This document shows, in pieces, positions 29,202-40,000 of a stretch of 64,000 nt of DNA (position 1 is its first letter; every line of letters begins with the position of its first letter). A model generated the notes under the pieces. That model saw only the letters and a program-made list of their open reading frames with translations. It did not search any database and was not told the DNA's origin. Position numbers and translations under genes: made by a program. Origin of the DNA: Thermoproteota archaeon (lineage in GTDB: Archaea; Thermoproteota; Thermoprotei; Thermofilales; B9-G17); contig JAPDJW010000002.1 of NCBI GenBank assembly GCA_029258885.1, positions 160,001 through 224,000 on the forward strand. The letters run 5' to 3'.

Positions 29202-30257
29202 TTATTCGTTATTTTCAGGTCTAATAATTATATCCCATATCAAGGGATCCTCTTGCCCCACTCTCCATACAGCTATTTTATCTAATCCGAAGGCTTTAAT
29301 TAACCTAGCCCTAACCTCAAAGCTCTTAGCCACCTGAAACCACACTTCATGCTCTAAACCTCCGCTACTATACCTAAAGTATGCTTCCCCACTAGCATTA
29401 TCGAAGCGTACTTTAGCGCCGTAGGCGCCCGCTAGGCTTATCGCATCATAGTATGTGACCGCGCTACCCCTCCCGCCCTTAGGCCAGTCGTAGCCGTAGA
29501 GAGGCACGCCAATTATAAGCTTTTCTCTAGGAACGTATTTCAGCATATTTCTAATAACGTCTTCAAGCCAATATAGGGGGGCTATTGGTCCTGGGCCGCT
29601 GCCGGAGTAGTGGTAGCTGTAGGCCATTACTATAAGATAGTCGTTATATTCTGCTAAAGCCTTATGGTCATATACGTAGGATAGTCCGACAGCTTGTGTA
29701 ACTATTTTGCCATGGCTATGCAATTTCTCATATAGAAGCCTCATAAACTCCGTTAAATACCCCCTATCACTGTATGGTATGTTCTCAAAATCTATATTAA
29801 TACCGTCGTACCCCCGCTTCAAAACCTCCTTAACTATGCTATCTACAGCCTTCTTCCTAACTTCAGGGTTAGTAAGTATCCGGTGTATAGTATCCCTATC
29901 AAATTCCCAATTAGCCACTAGAGGGATTAGCTTCACTCCCCAGCTCCTACACTTCTCTATAAAATCCCGGCTAACGCCTCTATCGATCAAATAACCGCCG
30001 CCAGTTATATAGTACCATGTTGGAGATACCCAGGTAAACTTATCGTGGTGTGCATAGAATGCTTCGATGCTCGAGCTTGACAGCGTAACCCAGCCGAACA
30101 GCTTTACCTCCACTTTAGTTAAATTTTTATTCAATGCCTCTATCTCGCTTAGATAGGCCTTACCGTACCTTTCTCTTCTCCACCGCATAACAGAGTATGC
30201 CATTAATAATGCTACAGATATTGAAATGGCTACAAATACAATCGTTTTCTTTTCCAT
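29202..30257 (-). CDS. GH18 glycoside hydrolase, spore cortex-fragment-lytic (SleL/YaaH/YdhD-like) type, N-terminal membrane anchor
   Basis: TWVSPTWY, GYDGINIDFE, VMAYSYH, GPIAP, IIGVPLYGYDW, HEVWF and IAVWRVGQED. Confidence 0.85.
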   Translation of the reverse strand: MEKKTIVFVAISISVALLMAYSVMRWRRERYGKAYLSEIEALNKNLTKVEVKLFGWVTLSSSSIEAFYAHHDKFTWVSPTWYYITGGGYLIDRGVSRDFIEKCRSWGVKLIPLVANWEFDRDTIHRILTNPEVRKKAVDSIVKEVLKRGYDGINIDFENIPYSDRGYLTEFMRLLYEKLHSHGKIVTQAVGLSYVYDHKALAEYNDYLIVMAYSYHYSGSGPGPIAPLYWLEDVIRNMLKYVPREKLIIGVPLYGYDWPKGGRGSAVTYYDAISLAGAYGAKVRFDNASGEAYFRYSSGGLEHEVWFQVAKSFEVRARLIKAFGLDKIAVWRVGQEDPLIWDIIIRPENNE

Positions 30258-30372
30258 AAGCTAACACCCGAAATTAGCACCTTCCACCTCCTATGGATTC
30301 GGCTGCTACTCTAGGTCTCTATATTTAGCATTGGTGCAAAAATTAATTTTTCTTTCATACATTTTAGTGAAC

Positions 30373-31773
30373 ATGACATCCCTAAGGCTTATAATATTAA
30401 TGGCGCTAATTATCCAGCTTCTAGCGGGTATAGCTTCCCCCTCTCTATCTTCCCCTCAAATCAATAGGCCGAGGATTATATCTAGAGAGGAATGGGGGGC
30501 TAGGCCTCCTAAATGCAACTATAGGGCTAACCCATACTATAATGCAATAACGATACATCACACAGCAACATCCAACGACTATACCGATGGAGCTGCTGTA
30601 GTGAGGAGTATTCAAAAATACCATATGGACGTTAGAGGATGGTGCGATATAGGATATCACTTTCTAATAGATAAATACGGGAATATCTATGAGGGTAGAC
30701 CCATCTGGGCGGTTGGAGCTCATGTTAAGGGACATAATACGGGCAATATTGGAGTAGCTGTTATAGGCAATTTTGAGGAAGCGGTTCCGAATAGTGAGAT
30801 ATTAGACGCTCTAGCAGAGCTGGTAACCTGGCTAGTATATGAATACGGCATACCTATAGAGAATATTAAGGGACATAGGGATTATGCAGCTACAAGCTGT
30901 CCTGGACGTTATCTATATGAAAAATTGTCTTGGCTTAGAAATGAGGTTAAACGTAGGCTTGAAAGTGCTTCCGAGGAATACTATGATGTTAGGGTTAAAA
31001 TATTAAATGATTTAGGCGAGCCTCTTCACGGAGCTATAGTTGAGCTGGACGGATTAACCGATGAAACTGATATTTGGGGAGAGGTATACTTTAGGGATAT
31101 TAAGGGAGGTAGCTACACGATCAACGTGTATTGGGATGATATAAAAGTTTACGGTAAGTCTTGCAAGATATCGAGCAATTGTATGCTTACATTTAAGGTG
31201 CCAGTTATACATTTAAATTTCACAGCCATTACTGAATCTGGCGTTCTTTTAAATAACTATATTTTGGAAATTAGTGGCATAAAAAACTTGACGATTAACG
31301 TAACCAAAGGATATTATGTTCTAAAAAATGTTCCAGCTGGAAAATTCCATGTGAAGATATACTTCCTAAATAGGCTAGTCTATAATAAAAGCATGAGTAT
31401 GTATACGTCTTCCAAAGTAGCGCTGAGGTGTAGGGTTCATATGCTTAAGGTATACTTGAAGGGAGAGGACGGCAAGAACATTAATCAGGCTAAAGTTATA
31501 GTTCTAGAGGAGAATAAAGAGCTATCTACCTATAATGTGTCTGGAGGCTATGCTCTAATCCTTTTACCCGAGGGTAGTTATACGTTAAGAATAGAGAGTG
31601 ATGAGTATACGCCGCTAACAGCTAAAGTTAACGTATCAAGCGATACAGTAGTTCAGCTAGCATTAGAGCCAGGCGAACCTGATGATCCATTCTCCTCGCT
31701 AACCACATTGCTGACCCTAATTATTTTAGCTATACTTCTAGGATTAGCTGGAAAAAAGGTTTTCTCCCACTAA
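30373..31773 (+). CDS. N-acetylmuramoyl-L-alanine amidase (Amidase_2/PGRP-like), secreted, with Ig-like stalk and C-terminal TM anchor
   Basis: IISREEWGA, ITIHHTA, GWCDIGYHFLID..G.IYEGR, GAHVKGHN and KGHRDYAATSCPG (Zn ligands H, H, C intact). ATG 30373 (track TTG 30331). Confidence 0.92.
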   Translation: MTSLRLIILMALIIQLLAGIASPSLSSPQINRPRIISREEWGARPPKCNYRANPYYNAITIHHTATSNDYTDGAAVVRSIQKYHMDVRGWCDIGYHFLIDKYGNIYEGRPIWAVGAHVKGHNTGNIGVAVIGNFEEAVPNSEILDALAELVTWLVYEYGIPIENIKGHRDYAATSCPGRYLYEKLSWLRNEVKRRLESASEEYYDVRVKILNDLGEPLHGAIVELDGLTDETDIWGEVYFRDIKGGSYTINVYWDDIKVYGKSCKISSNCMLTFKVPVIHLNFTAITESGVLLNNYILEISGIKNLTINVTKGYYVLKNVPAGKFHVKIYFLNRLVYNKSMSMYTSSKVALRCRVHMLKVYLKGEDGKNINQAKVIVLEENKELSTYNVSGGYALILLPEGSYTLRIESDEYTPLTAKVNVSSDTVVQLALEPGEPDDPFSSLTTLLTLIILAILLGLAGKKVFSH

Positions 31774-32582
31774 TTTACATAACCTAATCTTATTCACTAT
31801 TCCCTGTATATTATTGGTTCCCCGAACTTCCATCACTAATGGCTTGTTATAGTTAACTTTTTCGAAGCTCTCTATAACCTCTCTCCATTCGATTCTACCC
31901 ATTAAAGGTGGATTGTGTAAATCTCTTATACCATAATTATCATGTATATGAGTTGCTATAAGATATTTCTTTGTAGTCTCTATAAATGTTGAAATATCAA
32001 GGTGGTTAACTGATAGATGTCCTGTGTCGATGCATACCCCTATATTATCATACTTAACGTTTTCAATTAAACTCAGTAGATCGCCAGCTTTGCATCCGAA
32101 AACTCTTTCAAGAGTATTTTCAACTGCTATAAGAATTCCTCTCTCATGAGCATACCTCAGAATTCTATTAAATATCCTTACGTTAACTTCCAGGGAATAC
32201 TTATATGTATCTAGGCTTCTAAACCCTATATTTGGATCGGCTATCGCTGGATGAACTACCAACACTTCCGCTTCAAGCATCCTACAGTAGTCTATCCATC
32301 TAAAAATCTTCTCTAAAGCTCTCTCTACCGTGTTTTTATCAGTCGAGGCGAGCTCTGCATTTACTGAACCAAATATGGCATGCATTTGAATAGGTTTAAG
32401 AGAGGTTGTATTTAGTCTATCCCTAATTTTTCTGCTAATCTATCTTGGCCTTCTCTATCTAGGCCTCTAAAATGTTCATAGGCTATTTCAATAAACTTTA
32501 TTCCCTCCTCGTCCAGTAAATCGAATGTTTCTTCAGCGTTTAAAACAGGATATCCTATCATAGTATCTACTCCCCAATCCAT
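31744..32582 (-). pseudogene. Sugar phosphate isomerase/epimerase (xylose isomerase-like TIM barrel), frameshifted near 32440
   Basis: ATG 32582, 2 nt after the anmK stop, gives 56 aa (MDWGVDTMIG...FIEIAYEH...) ending at TAA 32412. The shifted frame continues ISRKIRDRL...IQMHAIFG into the 213-aa ORF with LVVHP, AVENT, CIDTGH, HIHDN and VMEV. Confidence 0.75.
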
Positions 32583-32584
32583 AT

Positions 32585-33781
32585 CTATTCACCTAGTACT
32601 ATCTTTCCCATAACAACTCTCCTTTTAGCACCAGTAGCAGTTGTGACATTATTATAGTTGCCGGATATGGTTTCGTTGGCCAGAATAGCTATGATCAGAG
32701 GCTCCTTGGCCTGAGCTGGAATACCGTAATCCTCATGAACCCTAACCTCAGCTGGATAGAGATACTCCCTAAGCATCTTAAGCAATGTTTTATTATAGGA
32801 TCCTCCCCCACCAACGATGACTTCATCCACCTTTCCAAGGTAGTTTTCATAGTTGTATTTTATGGATAACGCAGTGAATGCAGTTACTGTAGCTACTATA
32901 TCTTCATCGCTAAGCCCCATTCTCTTACCCTCGCGATACACCTTTAACGCGTAATGTACTCCAAATTCCTCTCTGCCAGTGGTTTTTGGAGGCGGTCTCT
33001 TAATAAACTCATGCTCCATAAGCCTGCTTAAAAGCCTTTCGTTCACACGCCCCTTCGCAGCAATTTTCCCATCTGCATCAAAACTCATTTTACCGCCTGT
33101 AATGTGGCTTACAATAGCATCTATAATCATGTTTCCGGGTCCTGTATCAAAAGCCATAACATCGTCTATTGATGCTTGAGCAGGAATATATGTTACGTTA
33201 GCTATGCCCCCTATGTTCTGAATAGCCCTATTAACGTATTCACTTCTAAAAATTATGTAATCCACATATGCCGATATCGGAGCTCCCTGGCCACCCACCG
33301 CTACATCTTTATGTCTAAAATCAGCGACCGTAACAACGCCAGTTCTCGCGGCAATAACTGATGGCTCAACTATTTGAAGAGTAGATCTAACTCTATAGCT
33401 ATCTACAGTCACGGGATCTGGCATATGATATATTGTTTGACCATGTGATCCTATTAAATCGATGTCTCTCATACTTAGCCCCGCCTCCTCAACTATCCTA
33501 AAGCATGCATCCGCAAAAAGTTCAGCTAGGACGTAGTTCATTAAACATATTTTGTCAACTTTACCCGTATTTGGATCAAATAACTCGAAGACTCTACGCC
33601 TTATGCTCTCTGGGTAGGGATAGGTGTTGTAGGCCAGTATTTTAAACTTGGTGTTTATACCCGATCCACGTATCTTAACTACGACAGCCGACACTCCGTC
33701 GGCCGAGGTTCCAGACATGAGACCTATAACTAGCTTCTCCTCCTTCCTATGTATTTCAATTAGTTTCTCGAAGGGATTCAT
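32585..33781 (-). CDS. anmK: Anhydro-N-acetylmuramic acid kinase
   Basis: IGLMSGTSADG, GSHGQTIYH, DFRHKDVAVGGQGAP, NIGGIAN, FDTGPGN, PPKTTGREEF and GGGSYN. ATG 33781 after GGTGA. Confidence 0.95.
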   Translation of the reverse strand: MNPFEKLIEIHRKEEKLVIGLMSGTSADGVSAVVVKIRGSGINTKFKILAYNTYPYPESIRRRVFELFDPNTGKVDKICLMNYVLAELFADACFRIVEEAGLSMRDIDLIGSHGQTIYHMPDPVTVDSYRVRSTLQIVEPSVIAARTGVVTVADFRHKDVAVGGQGAPISAYVDYIIFRSEYVNRAIQNIGGIANVTYIPAQASIDDVMAFDTGPGNMIIDAIVSHITGGKMSFDADGKIAAKGRVNERLLSRLMEHEFIKRPPPKTTGREEFGVHYALKVYREGKRMGLSDEDIVATVTAFTALSIKYNYENYLGKVDEVIVGGGGSYNKTLLKMLREYLYPAEVRVHEDYGIPAQAKEPLIIAILANETISGNYNNVTTATGAKRRVVMGKIVLGE

Positions 33782-33828
33782 AACGGTCACCGTAAACTGT
33801 TATATACCGTATTAGGAAAATAAAATCT

Positions 33829-34923
33829 TTGGGTAATAACTTGAAGGGAGTTGAAAGGTTTCTTAAAGCATTAAATAGGGAAGAGCCCGATAGAGTCCCG
33901 ATATGGGAGCTTATTATTGATAGACCCGTGATTAAGTCCCTCTATGGGGATATAAGCTACGCTGATGTTGTTGAGATACTGGATTTAGATGGCATAACTG
34001 CTGGAGAGGACGTTAAAATGAGGGAGATTGAAAAGGGGAAATTCGTATGCGAATGGGGGATAACATGGGGCATAACCGAGTTTGGCGTAGTATATCCCCT
34101 TAAGGGTCCCATAAAAAGCAAGAAGGACTTAATCGACTATCAGCCTCCAGATCCCGATGCCGACTACAGGCTAAATACGCTTGAGGAGTATATCGATAGA
34201 TTTAAAGGCGAAAAAGCTATAGTTCTTTTAAGCCACGACGCCTTTGAATTCTCCCATTACTTGGTTGGCGGCATGGCGAATCTATTTAGGCTTTACTATA
34301 AGGATCCCGAGGCCGCACATACTCTAGCGGAGAAGATAGTCGAGTATAAATCAAGAGTCATAGAGAGAGCTATTAAGGCTGGGGCTGACGTTATATTAAG
34401 CGGAGACGACTACGCCGATAAAAACGGTCCGCTAGTATCACCCCGAATGTTCAAAATCTTCATTATGCCCTATCTTAAGAGGGTAGTTGATACGGCAAAA
34501 AGGTACGGGAAGCCGTTTATAAAACATACGGATGGAAAGATATGGAAAATCCTTGATATGATAGTTGCTACCGGTATAGATGGCCTACATCCAATAGAGC
34601 CCTGCGCAGGAATGGATATACTTAAGGTTAAGAGGATGTATGGAGATAGGATCTGCGTAATAGGCAATATAGATTGCTCCTATGTTCTTCCGTTAATGTC
34701 CCCAAATGACGTCGAGGAGGTTGTTAAGGAGACTATAGCTAAAGTGGGTCCCGGAGGAGGATATATATTATCCTCCAGCAACAGCATTCATCCAGGAGTT
34801 AAGCCAGAAAATTTTCTTGTAATGATTAAAGCTGCAAAAAGATATGGTCGTTATCCAATCAGTGAGGAGCTTATCAGGGAATATGGTAAGAGAAACTTTT
34901 ACAGTAAGATTTTCAAGTTTTAG
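33829..34923 (+). CDS. Uroporphyrinogen decarboxylase-like / methylcobamide methyltransferase-superfamily protein
   Basis: ERFLKAL..EEPDRVP, GDDYA...GPLVSP.MF, HTDG, IGNID and GGGYILSSSNSI. Confidence 0.82.
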   Translation: MGNNLKGVERFLKALNREEPDRVPIWELIIDRPVIKSLYGDISYADVVEILDLDGITAGEDVKMREIEKGKFVCEWGITWGITEFGVVYPLKGPIKSKKDLIDYQPPDPDADYRLNTLEEYIDRFKGEKAIVLLSHDAFEFSHYLVGGMANLFRLYYKDPEAAHTLAEKIVEYKSRVIERAIKAGADVILSGDDYADKNGPLVSPRMFKIFIMPYLKRVVDTAKRYGKPFIKHTDGKIWKILDMIVATGIDGLHPIEPCAGMDILKVKRMYGDRICVIGNIDCSYVLPLMSPNDVEEVVKETIAKVGPGGGYILSSSNSIHPGVKPENFLVMIKAAKRYGRYPISEELIREYGKRNFYSKIFKF

Positions 34924-36854
34924 AACGGCAATATCCACGTAGCTTTTGAAACCATGACAATAGCTGTTGCAAGCCCTATTAAAATACCTTCACCCGCTGC
35001 AACGCCCGCTACTATGAGTGCCTTATTTTCGTTCCACCACTCCTTTCCAACCACCTTGGGTGCTAGGTATTTGCTAATAAATGCGCCTATAAACGTAGGT
35101 ACTGCTGAAGTCGGTAGAATATAGGTACCCGTTAATAGACCTATAAGCGAGAACGGTATCCCCATTTTAGATAAAGCTTCGCCTATTATCCCTACCGAGA
35201 GCATAAGTGCGAAGGGATAGATCAGGGTTTCCGACCTGAACTTAAATATCTGCCCAGAAATCCATAGGCATGAGGACGCTGCTTGAACAGGCCATGAAAT
35301 CAATGTCTGAGGATAGACTGAGGAGGGTATTGGGGCTATGCTCCAATAGAACTGCACGTAAACGAAGCTCATTACGAAAAATACTATAGCTGTAAATATG
35401 AAGGCCTTGAAAAAGTCTGAGAGCCTGGTTTTAGTAAGATAAGCGGCCTTCATGCTTTGAGTCCAGTATGGAACAGCTGCTGCACTGACAATAGGTGCTG
35501 TCAACCACGGCTCTATTCCCTTATATCCACTTACGAGTATGGTCGCCTGCCAAACATAGGGTATCGATATAGAGTACCCTGTCTCACCTATAGTCCTTGT
35601 CCTTATGAGGGAGTCCATAAAGCTCCATCCAAGAGCTACAAGGAGGGAGAGCCATATCGGGAAGTCTAATCCCACTAAAGCATGGAACACTATAACGGAA
35701 AGTATAACTGTACCAGCATACCATAGGAGCAATATTTTAGGTGATGGGTATCCAGTGGCCTTCTCAGCCTTAGATAGCTTCGCTAAGCTCTTTATAGCCC
35801 TAATTATACTCTTATAACTTCTAGCTAAAACAATTATTGATACCGCTAACGTGAAGCCTATATGGGGAGCTATCCACACCCTTATGCTTGCCCTTTGGTA
35901 AACATAAGCTAACCCTGAGGCTGGAATCCACTCCTCAACCCATTCAGGGAACCAGTGGGCGAAAACTGTCAGCGCCAAATGATTACCTATAACCCACGTA
36001 GCTATGGATCCTATTAGCATGTAGAGGGCTGTGTCGAACGATATTAGAGTTCCCCCGAGAAATGCGAGTATATCCGTTGCTATACCAAATACCGCACCAG
36101 GCAATATATTCTCTATACCCATGTACCCAGATGTCAGATCAATCCATGGTATGGGTATCAACTCGACCCTTATACCCGTCATACCATAGGAAAGAGTAGG
36201 AACGCCATAAAGTAGTGTTGAGTATATTAGGCCGACCATAGCGCTTAGGATGAATACCCTAAGCTTTTTAGGGTCTCTTTCCGCTAGAGTGGAGCTCATT
36301 TCTGCCTGAACGCTAGCGAAGGGGAACGGCAGTTTCTCTATTTCAATGTATAGGTAACTAAAGAGAAAGGTTAATGAGATATCGTAGAATACATACATGA
36401 AGTATCCACCTACAAGTAGCAGTATGGGTATAAGCCACTCAGGTGCAAAGAATGTTCTAAGCTCATGTACTGGAGAATCGTACCTTGGAACCCACCATGT
36501 AGGTATTACTTCTGGTAGAGGTTTGCCAGTATAGGGGTCCTTAAAGGACCACGTTATAGGGGATCTGACAAAGTAAGATCTATAAACTAGTCCCTCAAAA
36601 GGGGCTGCGGTAGCGGCTATTCCAACCATGGAGTAAATTATAAACATTTCCTGCGTAGTGAGGGGGTTGCCTGTGAGAACGGCTATTTCGCTTAATAGTA
36701 TAGCTGTAACGTAGACTGCCGCGCTAGCGAGACCTCCGCCGCTTACTAAGCTTAGATATATTGATACTGGAAGGATCATTGCTGACGCGAAGAGTATAGC
36801 TAGGGCTGTTCTAGGGGTAAATCCAGGTTTAAATTCGAGCAATTCTTCAGACAT
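34920..36854 (-). CDS. OPT-superfamily-like membrane protein, class A, module copy 2
   Basis: PGFTPR, PLTTQEMFIIYS, IEIEKLPFP, LPGAVFGIATD and WSIAPIPSSVYP. ATG 36854 after GGTG (track 36866). Confidence 0.75.
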   Translation of the reverse strand: MSEELLEFKPGFTPRTALAILFASAMILPVSIYLSLVSGGGLASAAVYVTAILLSEIAVLTGNPLTTQEMFIIYSMVGIAATAAPFEGLVYRSYFVRSPITWSFKDPYTGKPLPEVIPTWWVPRYDSPVHELRTFFAPEWLIPILLLVGGYFMYVFYDISLTFLFSYLYIEIEKLPFPFASVQAEMSSTLAERDPKKLRVFILSAMVGLIYSTLLYGVPTLSYGMTGIRVELIPIPWIDLTSGYMGIENILPGAVFGIATDILAFLGGTLISFDTALYMLIGSIATWVIGNHLALTVFAHWFPEWVEEWIPASGLAYVYQRASIRVWIAPHIGFTLAVSIIVLARSYKSIIRAIKSLAKLSKAEKATGYPSPKILLLWYAGTVILSVIVFHALVGLDFPIWLSLLVALGWSFMDSLIRTRTIGETGYSISIPYVWQATILVSGYKGIEPWLTAPIVSAAAVPYWTQSMKAAYLTKTRLSDFFKAFIFTAIVFFVMSFVYVQFYWSIAPIPSSVYPQTLISWPVQAASSCLWISGQIFKFRSETLIYPFALMLSVGIIGEALSKMGIPFSLIGLLTGTYILPTSAVPTFIGAFISKYLAPKVVGKEWWNENKALIVAGVAAGEGILIGLATAIVMVSKATWILPF

Positions 36855-37042
36855 GTAGAACACCATTGCTGGTGGTCAATAACTTAGAGGATAATTAGCT
36901 TATTAATGTTATCATCACCATGGTACAGACAGCGCTAGTTATTCAATACATGCTATTCCAGCTAGTCCATAGGCCTACGGCAAATGATAAACAATATAAA
37001 ACGTAACTGGTATATCATGGTAGTATTTGAGGTGGTATGTGC

Positions 37043-40000
37043 ATGAACAAAAAACTATTGATCGTAATAATACCGCTATTATTAACCGTTCAACTAGTTG
37101 CCTCAAAACCGGAGGGGGAATCTATTTATAAAGAGCTATATGATAAAATAAACCTAGACAATATAAAGTATCATGTAAAGTATCTCTCATCCCTTGATAC
37201 CCTTTTCGTAGGCTATGAGGGCTATTATAAGGCGGCCGACTATATAGAGAGTAAGTTCAGGGAGTACGGCCTAAAAGTCTGGAGGCACGAGTTTAAAGTC
37301 GTCGTCCCCATCGACGAGGGATCGTATATAATATATAGGAAGACTGGAGAGAAGTTAAGGGCTTATGCCATGCTTCCAAACCTAGTGCAAACATGTTCAG
37401 GAAGGATTTCCGGTGAACTAGTATATGTTAAGGGGTATGATTTACAGGAACTTTCTGGGGTAAGCTTAGAGGACAAGATAGTTCTTATGGAGTACAACAC
37501 CTATAGAAACTGGCTGTATTTAGCAAATCTAGGAGCTAAAGCTGTAATTTTCATAGAACCCTCTGAAACGGATCTGCGGCAGTCGATAGCTAAGGTACTT
37601 TCAGTTCCATTGAATTTCACGAGAGTATACGTTACTGGAGATGTAGCTAGTAGATTAAAGGAGATAGCGAGAGAGGGTGGGGTGATAGATCTAGTAGTAA
37701 ACATGAAGTTTAAGGAGGTAGTAGGATACAATATAATTGGAGAGTTGAAGGGTGAGCTTGAAAACGATGTAATTCTAATGGTGTCGCATTACGATTCGTG
37801 GTCGGCAGTTCCAGGTAGATCCCTAGCGCTGGATGATATAGTTTCTGTTTCATCCCTACTTGAAATTGCCAGAATAATGTCTAAGTATAAACATAAGAGA
37901 ACTATATGGTTTGTAGCGTTCGGAGGACACTGGCAGGCACTAGCCGGTCCACGGAGTTTCGTGGAGGACTACTGCTTCAATGAAACCGTTCAAAGAGGAG
38001 AGCTTAAGCTATGGATGGCTATAGGCATAGATTTCTCCCTTAGAGGAAATAAGACGGCGTTAGTTGACGCCGGCTATTTCTATAGCTACGATGGAGGTAA
38101 TAGAGCTAATCTCCTAGCAAGATTTAGAGGCACATTAAGACCCCTAAGGACAGGCGAGGTATCTCCGATTGAAAGGTATCTAGCTAGGGTTATAGAGGAG
38201 ATATATGAAGGGAGAATAAAGCTTCCACAGCTCCTAGATAGTGGAATAGTTGAGGAAAATATAGGTTGGTGGGCGTCAATTCAAGAACCCTATATCCTAG
38301 ATACCGAGCCATTTATGGCTTCCGGAGGCATAGGATTCACCTTTTACACGGGCGATGTATTCAGGCCTGAGAGAGGCACAACGGTAATTCCTAAGAGAAG
38401 CTTTAACTATGAAAACCTTAAGCCGCAGATTATTGTTGCCCTGGCAACTCTCTATGGATTTGCAAACGAGGAGGATTGGGCCCTAAACTGGGACGAGGTT
38501 AAGGCCAGCAGAGCTTTCGTAGTTTCTGGAGGAGCTACAGCACTATATACCGCTAAGGGATTCAATTATATAGAGGGTAAGGTTGTTGAATACAGCTTAA
38601 TTCAAGGCAAGTATATTCCCGTACCCAATGCAATAGTAGTAATTCATAGGGGAGATCCCATAAACTTCCCATATAACGTGATATATACCTTCGCCGATAA
38701 GAACGGAACCTTCAGAATATACGGCTCTACGCCTAACACTGGAATAATGTCCCCCTACGGGGGATACGGTTCATATCACGTTAGCGCATATGTGCTGGAC
38801 GATAAAGGCAGGGTAATATACGCCCCCGACTATGGGATATATGGCCATAGAAGATTTCCGAGTACTGTTTTAGCTAGGCATGAAATTAACAGGATACAGG
38901 CGAGAGTATTCAGAGTTAAGGGTAGAATATATTTATATGGCCTTGTAGACCCCTATACCGTAAGCGTTAGGTCGGCTACAAGGTACGTAAATCCGTTTTC
39001 ATACTGGGCATCCCCGCCTACGTTTTACATAACGTTATTTAAATCTGAGACGCTAAGCGAGCCTATGAGCTTCTATGTCAGTGTTCAGCCTCCCGTTGCC
39101 GTCATATTTACGCCAAGGGAACTAAATAAGGTAACATTACTCATTAAATACGGTGCCCTAGGGAGAATAGTTGGACTCTTACAGGAGATACCGATAAGCG
39201 CGGAGGTACACGTGCATAGGACGATATATAACATTGCGATAAACTTATACAATATCTCAAGTGAAAGGTACCTTAAGCTAAAGAATTCCTTTATTGAAAT
39301 ATTCTTGGTCGAAGAAACCCTTTCCCACACACGCAAGCTAATAGATGAGGCTAAAGCTAACCTTATAAAGAGGGACTACAACGGATTCTTCAGTAGCGCC
39401 ATTTTCTCATGGCTATGGAGCATCGATAGCTATAGAAACGTAATGGCTGTTGTATTTGATGTCGCAAATACGAGCGCAATATTCTTCGTTCTATTGCTAC
39501 CCTTCACATTTTTCTTTGAACGGTTGGTGTTCCACGCAGAGGGCTATAAGAGGTTCGCTGTAATAGTATCTACGGCCATACTTTTGACCGTGTTCTTTTC
39601 GGTAATTCACCCATCCACAAAGCTTGCTTCGAACGCGTATGTAGGATTCCTGGGGGTAACTCTAGGTGGAATATTCATAGCGATAATAGTTCTATTCACC
39701 GAGGAGTTAAGGTCTTTCCTTAAAGAGATTAGGAAGAAGCTTAGGGGCGAACACTTTATAGAGAAGGGTCTAGTACCAATGACTACGATAGCCTTCTCGG
39801 TAGCTCTTGAAAACATGAGGGTTCGTAAGCTAAGAACCGTCCTAGTCCTATTTACGATAATAACAACAGTATTCAGTTTAATAGCGCTAGCATCATTTAG
39901 CTACGCGATAAGCGTATACGATAAATATCCGATAAAGTATGAGGGAGAACCGCCTTATGAAGGACTATTAGTTAAACTGGGAATAGGAGCGCCGTGGGAT

